Assembly: GCF_000009705.1 (NCBI RefSeq)
Contig: NC_003272.1
Span: forward strand, 1,230,001 to 1,262,000
Reading direction: 5' to 3'
DNA from: Nostoc sp. PCC 7120 = FACHB-418
GTDB lineage: Bacteria; Cyanobacteriota; Cyanobacteriia; Cyanobacteriales; Nostocaceae
DNA: 32,000 nucleotides
Shown here: positions 7,674 through 17,200 of the stretch, piece after piece
Position numbering within the stretch: position 1 is the stretch's first letter
Layout of the letters: each line of letters opens with the position of its first letter
Translations under genes and position numbers: made by a program
Notes under the pieces: model-generated
Databases searched by the model: none
What the model was told of the DNA's origin: nothing
Seen by the model: only the letters and a program-made list of their open reading frames with translations

Positions 7674-9920
7674 TCAGGGAGCTAGAATACAAACCGGCAC
7701 TCTTTTATAAGCAGGTGTACCACTTTGTGGATCAATTTTTGCTTTAAATAAAACATTAGCCTCAGGATAAAACATAAAAGCTACACCTTCAAGAATTGCC
7801 CCACAAATAATTTCAATATTGTCTAATTTTCCCTTATCTCCTTTCACTGTTACTCGTTGATGTTCCTGTAATCCTGCTTTTTTTACATCAAAATAATTCA
7901 TTAAAATACAGAGACGATGAGGCATTCCTCTGTATTTATCTTCACTACGATAAACTACAGTATTATGTTGACCATAGCTGCGTCCTGTTCCCAAAATTAG
8001 CACAATTCCTGGCTGATTCTCTGACACACCAAATTCGGCTTTAGTTGGTACTGATAATTGTGGTAAAGGTGTAACAAACATCTGCGCTTTGCCATCAGAT
8101 GTTGTAAATTTCGGTTCTTCTAAAATCCGCCTCTCAATTACAAATTCCTGTTTGGTTTGGTCTATTGTGGCAATCTTTTCATAACCAGGAATAGTTTTAG
8201 CAATTAATTCTCTGATATAAGTTGTATCTTGCAGTTTACGCCAATTTATCGGTGTTTCACTATGTAAACGATGAGCAATTTCTGTAATTAATTCTATTTC
8301 TGAAATCAAGTCAGCATTACGTGGTTGTAAATGACTTTTGCCTTCATCATTTAACCTCACAAAATTATTGCCTGATTCAGTTGTGGTTTTATGAGGATTT
8401 TCAAAGCGATTGAATACAGGTAATATTAGAGTTTGCTGTTTAGCTAATCCGTGGAAATGTCCTAAGTTTGGTTTGGTCGCTACATAAAAAATAGTATCTA
8501 TTTGTGATAATGCCTGTTTTGCTTGCTCTAAGTCTGGGTTGGCTGCATACAGATTTCCCCCTAAACAGAATAGTGTATCTATCTTTCCTGTTTCTGCTGC
8601 TTCTATTAAATCACGGGTATGATAACCAGGAGTTTCGTTCAGAGTTTTTCCTAATACTTGGGATAGTGCTTGTTTGATTTCTTCTCGCAAATTTACAGTC
8701 ACACCCATCGAACCAAATCCTTGCACATTGGAATGTCCTCGAATGGGCATAGTCCCAGCGCCAATTTTACCAGCGTTACCTGTAATTAAAGCTGTATTAG
8801 CAATACTAAAAATATTATCTACACCGTTAGCTTGTTGAGTTACGCCCATTGCCCAGGCAAAAACTACACGTGCTGATTTCCCAATTATATAAGCAGTGGC
8901 TGTGATTTCTTCTTGGGATATGCCACAGGTATTAGTAATGTCGTTCCAAGATATATGATTAGCGTAATCTACAACTTTTTGCCAATTTTGAGTATAGGCA
9001 TTGAGATATTCTGTTTGGATTAAATTCTGTTCTATGAGTGATTTTTGCAACCCTACAAATAACGCTACATCACTCCCAGGGATTGGTTGTAAATATAAGG
9101 AAGATATATCTGAACCACCAGTGAGTAAAGATTTAATAGGAAATGCAGGAGAGGCAAATTTAACTAGTCCGATTTCTACTTGTGGGTTAATAATAATTAC
9201 TTTTCCGCCTCTTTCCCGCAATTTGATTAATTCGTTCATCAAGCGCGGATGGTTTGCTGGTGCGTTAGAACCAATTAAAACAAGACAATCACTATGTTTT
9301 AGGCTCTCTAGGCTGACCATTGATGTACCTGAGCCAAAAACCTTTTTTAACCCCACTGTTGAGGGAGCGTGACACAAATCTGAGCAGTCTGCTAGATTAT
9401 TGCTACCTAGCGATCGCATGAATAATTGTAGTAGATAGGCAGCTTCATTGGATGAACGTCCAGAACTATAACTAGCAACTCGCGCTGGTGGGAAATTAAA
9501 GGCTTGTGTAGCGATTTGGTAAACTTCTTCCCAGCTAATACGTTGATAATGGGATGAGCCTGATCTGAGAATTAAAGGATAACTTAGTCTACCCAAGCGA
9601 TCGCACTCTTGAGAAGTGAGGTTTTGTAATTCACTGATGCTATGTTCTTGGAAAAACTCTTGTTTAATTCCTGGTTGCAATTCCGCAGCGATCGCCTCTA
9701 CACTTTTAGCACAGCGTTGTAAATATTCTCCCGCTTCATTCACAAATCCCCCTTTTTGTCCACCCGTACCCCAAGCACAGGATAAACACGCACTTTTATG
9801 ATTCAGAGTTTGCCATAACTGTAATCCCTGTGGTGAGAGAGTTTGTTCTACCCAATACTGAATCACTGGTAAACCACCCCCAGCCGGATAGCTAGACTTG
9901 CTTTCAGATGAGTTATCCAT
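7674..9920 (-). CDS. FdhF/YdeP-family molybdopterin (bis-MGD) oxidoreductase, Cys-type
   Basis: 748 aa. N-terminal Cys cluster CLSCAWG...C. Active-site-like segment CSDLCHAPSTVGL (Cys at the position of Sec/Cys in formate dehydrogenase H). No in-frame TGA. The length is typical of YdeP. Confidence 0.8.
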   Translation of the reverse strand: MDNSSESKSSYPAGGGLPVIQYWVEQTLSPQGLQLWQTLNHKSACLSCAWGTGGQKGGFVNEAGEYLQRCAKSVEAIAAELQPGIKQEFFQEHSISELQNLTSQECDRLGRLSYPLILRSGSSHYQRISWEEVYQIATQAFNFPPARVASYSSGRSSNEAAYLLQLFMRSLGSNNLADCSDLCHAPSTVGLKKVFGSGTSMVSLESLKHSDCLVLIGSNAPANHPRLMNELIKLRERGGKVIIINPQVEIGLVKFASPAFPIKSLLTGGSDISSLYLQPIPGSDVALFVGLQKSLIEQNLIQTEYLNAYTQNWQKVVDYANHISWNDITNTCGISQEEITATAYIIGKSARVVFAWAMGVTQQANGVDNIFSIANTALITGNAGKIGAGTMPIRGHSNVQGFGSMGVTVNLREEIKQALSQVLGKTLNETPGYHTRDLIEAAETGKIDTLFCLGGNLYAANPDLEQAKQALSQIDTIFYVATKPNLGHFHGLAKQQTLILPVFNRFENPHKTTTESGNNFVRLNDEGKSHLQPRNADLISEIELITEIAHRLHSETPINWRKLQDTTYIRELIAKTIPGYEKIATIDQTKQEFVIERRILEEPKFTTSDGKAQMFVTPLPQLSVPTKAEFGVSENQPGIVLILGTGRSYGQHNTVVYRSEDKYRGMPHRLCILMNYFDVKKAGLQEHQRVTVKGDKGKLDNIEIICGAILEGVAFMFYPEANVLFKAKIDPQSGTPAYKRVPVCILAP

Positions 9921-9999
9921 ACTTAGCTAAATCTCAACTCGCTTTAATAACTATTATTGCTAAAAATATCTGCCTTCCTGAATTGAAAGGGGTATAGGG

Positions 10000-10182
10000 G
10001 AATGGCACTAAGATAAGCGCAAATCTTTAAGGTATAAGCCTTTTAGGGTGTAAGGGTGTAAGGGTGTAGGGGGGTAAAGTAAACATCTAAATAATTAAAT
10101 CAAGATACCTCATAAATACTGTTCTTCTCATCACCCCTACACCCAGTCATAGCAAGAGTTTCATGTTTTCTTAGTGCCATTC
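10000..10182 (-). mobile_element. MITE-like dispersed element, copy 2 (complete: TIRs plus flanking direct repeat)
   Basis: Perfect 13-bp TIRs gaatggcactaag (10000-10012) and cttagtgccattc (10170-10182). Flanked by gggtataggg (9990-9999) and gggtatgggg (10183-10192), a 9/10 match. GGGTGTAA octamers at 10046-10075 are complementary to cacccctacaccc at 10132-10144. The core matches copy 1. Confidence 0.75.
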
Positions 10183-10250
10183 GGGTATGGGGAAAAGACA
10201 TCTTTCATATTTGACTGCGAAACTTGCTTCATCGGGACTGCCTTTTTCAA

Positions 10251-10763
10251 TTAGCGTTTTGCCTGCTTTTCAAAATACTGTTGATGTTCCTCTGTTGCTA
10301 AGTAATATTCACTCTTGTGCTTAATCTCGGTTACAATATCGAGTTCAAACCTGCCTGATACCTGAACCTTGGCTTTTGACTGCTGCGCCGCTTCTGCTTG
10401 CTGCTCATTGTGAAAAAAGATCACAGACCTGTACTGTTCTCCTTTATCTGGCCCCTGGCGGTTTAGGGTTGTCGGGTCATGAATATCCCAAAAAACTGCT
10501 AACAAATCTTCATAACTAACAAGTTGAGGGTCATATTCTATTTGCACCACCTCAGCATGACCAGTTATCCTCGACAACACATCAAGGTAGCAAGGGTTAG
10601 GGAAATGCCCTCCCATATAGCCAACTGAGGTTGATACTACCCCTTTTACCTTGCGAAATGCCGCCTCCACGCCCCAAAAACAGCCAGCCCCAAATGTTGC
10701 TTTCTCCATAGGTGCTTCTGTACTCCCAATCTTTAATTCCATCTTCTCTATTGCTCCCTGCAA
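10251..10763 (-). CDS. msrA: Peptide-methionine (S)-S-oxide reductase MsrA
   Basis: Active-site motif GAGCFWGVEAAF and the GYMGG and HDPT motifs. The true start may be an internal Met (MELKIG or MEKATF). Confidence 0.9.
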   Translation of the reverse strand: MQGAIEKMELKIGSTEAPMEKATFGAGCFWGVEAAFRKVKGVVSTSVGYMGGHFPNPCYLDVLSRITGHAEVVQIEYDPQLVSYEDLLAVFWDIHDPTTLNRQGPDKGEQYRSVIFFHNEQQAEAAQQSKAKVQVSGRFELDIVTEIKHKSEYYLATEEHQQYFEKQAKR

Positions 10764-10872
10764 ACTGTTATGTAGCTCATCGCAACAAATAGATAATTCA
10801 TAAAGGTGAGCTTTTTGTCAGGTGGATCTACTTATAATGATTCCAGCATCCACCAATTACCCCCCACTACTT

Positions 10873-11757
10873 ATGGCAATACTTCAATTGATTGAACCTG
10901 AAGTTAAAGATTTGGGTGGGTTTGTTGCCCGCCGTAGTCTGCCATATCCACATCGCCAAATGGTCGGGCCATTTATATTTTTTGATCATCTTGGCCCATC
11001 TGTTTTACCACCCAACAAAGGTATTGATGTACGACCACATCCTCATATCAATATTGCTACCCTAACTTACTTATTCGATGGTTCTATAATGCACCGCGAT
11101 AGTTTAGGTATCGTACAAGAGATTCAACCGGGTGCGGTGAACTGGATGACGGCGGGAAAGGGGATTGTACATTCAGAAAGATCGCCCGACTTTGACCGTC
11201 ACAACGAAGCTAATATTCATGGTATACAAACCTGGATTGCTTTGCCTGTTGAATACGAAGAAACTGAGCCTTGGTTCACTCATTATCCAGATGAAAACCT
11301 TCCCACCTGGGACGAGAATAACGTTACCATCAAGCTTATTGCTGGAGAAGCACATGGTTATACCTCACCTGTAAAAGTTTTTTCACCCATCCTCTATTTA
11401 GATGGGCTGCTATCTGCCAATGGTCACTTCACTATTCCTACTGGTTATTCAGAGAGAGCAGTATACAGTGTTACAGAAGGACTGAGTATTAATGATCAAC
11501 CTCTAGAGCCATATCGCCTCGCCATCCTAGAGTCAGGCCACGAGGTCAAGGTTTCTGCTACTGACACAGCTCGGTGTATTGTGATTGGTGGAGAGCCATT
11601 GGGTACACGCTACAAATGGTGGAATTTTGTCTCTAGCCGACCAGAGCGAATAGAGAAAGCTAAAGCCGATTGGCGAGACTGTCGCTTTGCTACTGTGCCA
11701 GATGAAACAGAGTTGATTCCACTCCCTGAAGTGGCGACAGAGGCTAATCCTTTGTAA
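10873..11757 (+). CDS. Pirin family protein (bicupin)
   Basis: Pirin N-terminal cupin signature RPHPHINIATLTYLFDGSIMHRDSLG...MTAGKGIVHSE. The ORF opens at 10822. ATG 10873 (MAILQLIEPEV...) fits the usual pirin N-terminus, but 10822 or 10837 remain possible. Confidence 0.85.
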   Translation: MAILQLIEPEVKDLGGFVARRSLPYPHRQMVGPFIFFDHLGPSVLPPNKGIDVRPHPHINIATLTYLFDGSIMHRDSLGIVQEIQPGAVNWMTAGKGIVHSERSPDFDRHNEANIHGIQTWIALPVEYEETEPWFTHYPDENLPTWDENNVTIKLIAGEAHGYTSPVKVFSPILYLDGLLSANGHFTIPTGYSERAVYSVTEGLSINDQPLEPYRLAILESGHEVKVSATDTARCIVIGGEPLGTRYKWWNFVSSRPERIEKAKADWRDCRFATVPDETELIPLPEVATEANPL

Positions 11758-12020
11758 TTAGGCCGCTCTCCGGTATTGGTACAAAATCACTTGATTGCAA
11801 CCATCTGATTTATTGAAAAGTAGCCTAGATATCTTGCAAATACACCCATTTACAGGTTCTTGGCAACTTTTGGTGATCTTGGTTGGGGCAAGGCAGAAGT
11901 CGGAGGAGTAGAAGTAATAATTTCAACCCTTGAGTTTGTTTAAAGTAGCAACTAATATACTTTGCATTTTCTCAACTTCATTTAATATGGGACTAAAAAG
12001 GTTTTTGTCCGCTAAATCTA

Positions 12021-12220
12021 AGTAAGTAGGCACGAAAAAACCCAACTATGTAAAGATAAGTAAATATGGGGAATACAACTACCAAGGGAACTTGTATATG
12101 GGCGCTCGTTTAAGAGTATTCCTGACTAGTAAACAAGACCAAAACCTTTTAAACCTGAGAAAAGCGGACGTACCACAGAAAGTCAAAGACCGAGCAGAAA
12201 TAATTAGGTTAAGTTTGTAG
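12021..12220 (+). pseudogene. IS630-family insertion sequence left end with a truncated transposase (40 codons then stop)
   Basis: TA (12019-12020), then the terminal repeat agtaagtaggcacg. ATG 12098 encodes MGARLRVFLTSKQDQNLLNLRKADVPQKVKDRAEIIRLSL*, which resembles the N-terminal HTH of Nostoc IS630-type transposases. No downstream transposase frame or right end was found. Confidence 0.65.
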
Positions 12221-12384
12221 CCGAGTCAGGGGGGTGACTTCCTGGCTTAGGCATCCAAATAACAATTGCTAATAAACTGTCCGATAATGCAGAGTTTGTG
12301 GCTGAAGAAATTGAAGATGAAAATGTAAGAAAAAATATATTACGCCTAATGTGTATTAAAGACGAAAACCCTACATTTATCGTT

Positions 12385-12413
12385 GTAGAGACGTTGCATT
12401 GCAAAGTCTCTAC
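12385..12413. repeat. Small dispersed hairpin of the GTAGAGAC...GTCTCTAC family
   Basis: gtagagacgttgcattgcaaagtctctac, with 8-bp outer arms plus the inner ttgca/tgcaa pair. Related hairpins lie at 27513-27540 and 28221-28244. Confidence 0.7.
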
Positions 12414-12515
12414 CGCACTTAGCTTGAAATTCGACTCTGGGGTGGAATCGTTGACTCACTCGCATTCATCTCACGCCAAATCAAAGATTCTGGCGTGAGG
12501 CTTCTGCTGCTTCAG

Positions 12516-13304
12516 CTAAATTGCTATCAAGCCATCAAGCCATAACTCATACCAATCTAAAAACGTTGCTGATGATTCAAAAGTAGGTGGACCCCAATCA
12601 GCTAGAAACCAACCAATTCGCCCTTTCAGCGATCCATTCAAGACCATAAACCCAAATGGTCCACATACATCCTTACAAACAGTAATTGTTCCAAATTGTG
12701 GTGACCAGAGTTCTTGCTCGTACTTCTGTTCCCAATGTTCGCCAGCGATCTCGACAAGCCATCGCTCCCATGCTTCATCACTTTGGTACTCTTCAAGCAA
12801 AAGGCAAGGCTGACTTGGAGCTATGAGTGCTTTGTCTTCATCGCCGAAACACAGACCAATAGCCCAATCTTCTAGCCGCAGCATTTCCATCCCATGAACT
12901 TCCCCGCCTCCATTCCCAATTTGTTCAAGAAAACTTCGGTACTCTACTGGAAGAAAAGTGTTATACTTGGTCTCCCAAGCATCAATTTTATGCGAACTGA
13001 GTGGAGGATTGAATTTAAAGCTATAGTTCAATGGATCGGTTGAGGGGTAAAACTCTTGGTAAAGTTGATTCTGAACACTTTGAAGTTGTCTAGCTTTCTC
13101 AAGCTTTTCTTTGATGCGTTCAATCTGAATTGTAATGTTTGTACCTGGAGACCACTGCCAATTGTGCTTACACTTGGGACATGCCAGCCTTAATTCACCT
13201 CGATCAATTGGAGTACGTAGTTTTTGAGAGCAGTTTGGACATATAACTATAACCTTTTCTGTATGTGATACCTGTTGTTCACCGGATGATCCTATATTCA
13301 TCAA
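12516..13304 (-). CDS. Zinc-ribbon (CPNC...CPKC) fused to an SMI1/KNR4 (SUKH superfamily) domain protein
   Basis: 262 aa. N-terminal CPNCSQKLRTP...LACPKCKH ribbon. The central LPVEYRSFLEQIGNGGG motif is typical of SMI1/KNR4 domains. Confidence 0.7.
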   Translation of the reverse strand: MMNIGSSGEQQVSHTEKVIVICPNCSQKLRTPIDRGELRLACPKCKHNWQWSPGTNITIQIERIKEKLEKARQLQSVQNQLYQEFYPSTDPLNYSFKFNPPLSSHKIDAWETKYNTFLPVEYRSFLEQIGNGGGEVHGMEMLRLEDWAIGLCFGDEDKALIAPSQPCLLLEEYQSDEAWERWLVEIAGEHWEQKYEQELWSPQFGTITVCKDVCGPFGFMVLNGSLKGRIGWFLADWGPPTFESSATFLDWYELWLDGLIAI

Positions 13305-13431
13305 GCTCTTACCTAAAATCGGAGAACCATAACGTACAGCAGTTTGGCAAGTTGCAACTTTTTGTTATACACCAAGTTTAGCGTATCAGAAGTATAGGGA
13401 AGCGATCGCCAAGGCGCAAGTGAATTGCTTC

Positions 13432-13726
13432 GGTTCTTGTCAGATTTTGGTGATGATGAAAGCTTACGCACTTTAAGGCAGAAGGCAGGAGGCAGTTCGC
13501 GGAAGCGTTGCCGAAGGCTAGGCAGAAGGTTTTAAGACGTTTTTTTATCCTCATTGGGACTTGTGACCTTTTGGGGGCGATCGCTTACGACTTTGTTGTG
13601 ATGCAGATGTTCTATAATCCAAGCAAAGCTTCAATTGTGGGAATTTTTTCTTCTTCCTTCCTTCTGCCGTCTGTCGTCTGCCTTCTGCCTTGTCCCAACC
13701 AAGATCACCAAAAGTTGCCAAGAACC
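13432..13726. repeat. Internal degenerate TIR copy paired with the right TIR (295-bp MITE-like sub-structure)
   Basis: 13432-13454 (ggttcttgtcagattttggtgat) matches the reverse complement of 13704-13726 at 20/23. GGCAGAAGG-rich tract 13477-13529 faces the CCTTCTGCC-rich tract 13657-13692. No flanking duplication exists for this inner pair. Confidence 0.5.
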
Positions 13727-13774
13727 CATTTACCAGTACAAAGCCTGTAGGTTTAGTCAAAATCACGTAGTCAA

Positions 13775-14212
13775 ATGAATAAAATATTGTTCTTGTGTAC
13801 AGGTAACTACTACCGCAGTCGCTTTGCCGAACACCTATTCAATCAGTTGGCTACCAAACAAGGGTTAGATTGGCAAGCTGATTCCAGAGGATTAGCACTT
13901 GAACGGGGTGTAAATAATGTGGGGGCAATTTCCCAATACGCGGCTGAGGCTCTAGCAGCGCGTTTAGTAAATATATCTGATGATGAACGGTTTCCTAAGC
14001 CAGCCTGTGAGCCAGATTTTCAATCAGCTACCAGGGTTATTGCCCTAGATGAATCAGAACACCGTCCACTAATGAATGAGCGCTTTCCTCAATGGGTTGA
14101 TGCAATTGAATACTGGCTAGTTCACGACATCGATAAAACCTCTGCAACCGCAGCCCTTGGGCAAATTGAGAAACATCTACTGCAACTTATAGAACAATTA
14201 GCTCAAAGTTAG
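13775..14212 (+). CDS. Low-molecular-weight protein-tyrosine phosphatase / ArsC-like family protein
   Basis: N-terminal P-loop LFLCTGNYYRSR (CX5R-S). 145 aa, the size typical of the family. Confidence 0.8.
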   Translation: MNKILFLCTGNYYRSRFAEHLFNQLATKQGLDWQADSRGLALERGVNNVGAISQYAAEALAARLVNISDDERFPKPACEPDFQSATRVIALDESEHRPLMNERFPQWVDAIEYWLVHDIDKTSATAALGQIEKHLLQLIEQLAQS

Positions 14213-14250
14213 TCACTCTGCGATCGCCCTCAGAAAATTATACCTCTTCT

Positions 14251-17200
14251 TCAAACTGTGAGTAACCGATTTAAATAGTCTTTTGCTGAATTAATTAAAC
14301 TTTCAATATGATTGATCAACTCATGCTCTAAATAAGGTTTTGATAAATAAGCTTTTGCACCTAATTCTTTGGCGAGTTGACGATGCTTTTCCGCACTACG
14401 AGAAGTGAGAATTATTACAGGAATTTTAGTGTATTGGGGATTGTGCTGAATATGGCTTAAAAATTCAAACCCATTCATCCGGGGCATTTCTAAATCGGAA
14501 ACAACAAGTTGAATTTCTGGGTGTCGTTGTAACTGTTCTAGAGCTTCAGCACCGTTTTGTGCTTGGATTACTTGATAACCAGATTTTTGCAGAGTTAAGG
14601 ATAGAGTTTGCCGCAAACTAATAGCATCATCCACTACTAAAATTACTTTTGATAATTTTTGATTGGTCTCTACAGTAGCGGATAATAAAGGTAGAGATGG
14701 AATATTAGATGGGGATATTGATAAGGCTTGTTTATTGGCATATTCATCTGTTGGTAGTGCTAAAGTATCAAGGGTTGCCTGCATCTCCACGGATTCTAAT
14801 AATAAAGCACCATCAATAACTAGCATGAGGTTGCCATTAGCTAAACTGCTGGAACCATAAACATATTTGGGGGGAGCGATCGCATTTCCCAATGGTCTAA
14901 TTACTAGTTCTTGTTCACCGATAATTTGGTCAACTTGTAAAGCGAAAATGCCTTGGTTTCGTCTCAGTAATAACACAGGATGATTTATCTCTTCTGTATT
15001 ATGCTCAGGCAGTAAATTACTCGTATTTAAATTATTAAAGCAGCTACCATTGTAATACATCAACTCTGAGAGTTGATGCAGACTAAGCATAGTATCCTCA
15101 TTACCGCCATCCCAGTGTAAAACGCGTTTACCTTCAAATTCTTGAATTTGTTGCGCCGAGGGAATGATTATTTTTTCAATACTATCCAACAGTAGAGCAT
15201 AAACAACACCGCCAGCTTGTACTAGCATTAATTGATCGGTAGTCATAGAAAAAGGGATTTTAAGGATAAATTTTGTGCCTTGATTAGGCAAAGTCTGCAC
15301 AGAAATTGAGCCGTTGAGTGCTTGCAGTTGAGAACGGACAATATCTAGTCCCATCCCGCGTCCAGAAAGTTCACTAACTTTTTCCGCAGTAGTAAATCCT
15401 GGTGCGAACATGAATTCTAATAGTTCAGAATCATTGATTTGAGATAAATAGCCTTTGGACTCATCTTTCTTGGAGATGAAATTCAGTTCAATAGCTTTTT
15501 TGCGAATGCTATCTAACTTTAAGCCTTGTCCATCATCTCTGACTTCGATAATTGTTTGACTTCCTTGATGATAAGCGCAGATTTCAATCACACCTTGTTC
15601 TGGTTTACCACGTTCTCGGCGAACTTCTGGAGATTCAATACCATGATCGAAAGCATTACGGACTAAGTGTAACAAGGGATCGTACAGCTTTTCAGCGATC
15701 GCCTTATCTACTAGTACATCTGTGCCAGTAAATTTTAAATCCACCCGTTTGTGGTAAACAGTACTGAGGTTTTTTACCATGTGGGGGAAGCGGCTGAGGA
15801 TATTTTCTAAAGGTAACATCCTCGCTTCAACTAGGTTATCTATTAAACTGAAAGCTAAACTTTGTTTTTTATGACTAATTTGAGTAGCTTGCTTGAATAA
15901 AAAATCAATGGACTCTGTTGCTTCTTGTAATTGTGATGTCTCTTCTATGGCTTCGTGTAATGTCAGATGAAATTCTGTATAAGCATCCATTTCTAAGGGG
16001 TCAAAATTAACTGAGGCAAAGCTTTGTGTATGTTGTGTTGCTAAACTTTGCCGTTGTAGTGGTAAATCACGGAGTTGATTTAAAGTTTCTTGGTGTTTGT
16101 TGAGACGTTGTAATAGCTGCTCGATAATTTCTTGCACTTGTTCATCATTTAAAGTGCGTCTTTTTTGGTGAATTAGCAGTTCACTAGCCAAATAATTAAT
16201 GCGTTCTAATCCCTCAACTTCTACACGCACCGATGAGCCTTTCTGACCCTTTTTACTTTGATGATTTTTAACTTTATCAATTATTTGCTCATTAACAACA
16301 TCAAGGGCTGTTTCTGTAATTTCCGTACTTAATTTTTCCGCTACAGCTAAAGATGTTGTAGATTCAGAAATATCATTAGCTTCTATTTGTGGCTCAACTT
16401 GAGCGTCATCTTCATTAACTTCTCCTCCCCAAATTGCTTCTAACAGTCCATCATTGATGTTGGGTGAGGAATTTGATATATCTTTAAAAACAAGAAGTTT
16501 TTGTAATTGAGGATTGTCAGTCCAGTTTTTCTCTTGAGCAGTAATAGGAGGATATTGCTTATATTCTTGAGCGACTAAACCGATTTTAGTTTGTAGAGCT
16601 TGGATAATTAGAATATTGTCGGCAGTTTTTTTAACTGAATACTGAAATCTTACAACGGCTAAAAGTATAATTAAAACAATACCCTGACGATATAGACAAA
16701 GACTTTGGCTATCTGTTTCATGTCGAACATATTCTAAAAATTTATTGAGCCAAGTTTCAATATATTCAATTGGTTGTAAAAACTCCTGATTATTGATGAG
16801 TAAATCCCAGTGCAATGCTGATGGTGGTATTTCTACTTCATGGTTAAACCAGCCAAAAATATAATGAACTACCTTTAAATATGATTGGGCTGTTGTGGGT
16901 TTAAGGCACTCACTTTTATTATTGCTTGATGTAGTTAAAAACTCGTAAAATTCTGCTTGATTAATTAAAAATTCTGAATTGATGGTTTCAGATGCTTTAT
17001 TTGTAACAACTGATGTCAGTTCCCGTAAAGCAGCAGAAGGTGTACCGCCATGAGTGCGATCGCCTGCTAATATATTGCATTGAGCCTGCTCTAAATCAGC
17101 ATGGGCAATCTCAATAATTTGGCGCACTTGATTAGGATTGGTTTGTAACGCTGTCAAAGCTGTTTGTGCAATTTCGCCAAAACCAGGTAAATTTAAAGAT

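Larger units (their letters stand above)
11855..13726. mobile_element. 1.87-kb unit bounded by 45-bp near-perfect terminal inverted repeats with flanking direct repeats; carries the SUKH gene and an IS630 stump
   Basis: 11855-11899 (ggttcttggcaacttttggtgatcttggttggggcaaggcagaag) matches the reverse complement of 13682-13726 at 44/45. CATTTAC lies just outside each end (11847-11853 and 13727-13733). No intact transposase lies inside. Confidence 0.6.

Noticed and set aside
7674-9920. Selenocysteine recoding in the FdhF-like molybdoenzyme
   Set aside because: There is no in-frame TGA. The active-site position is a Cys codon (CSDLCHAPS).
12204-12498. ORFs 12204-12404 (-) and 12298-12498 (+)
   Set aside because: They lie in IS630 debris and across the GTAGAGAC hairpin, have no recognisable domain, and overlap each other antisense.
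13508-13766. ORFs 13508-13750 (+) and 13551-13766 (-)
   Set aside because: They lie entirely within the TIR/GGCAGAAGG repeat structure, are mutually antisense, and encode low-complexity peptides.
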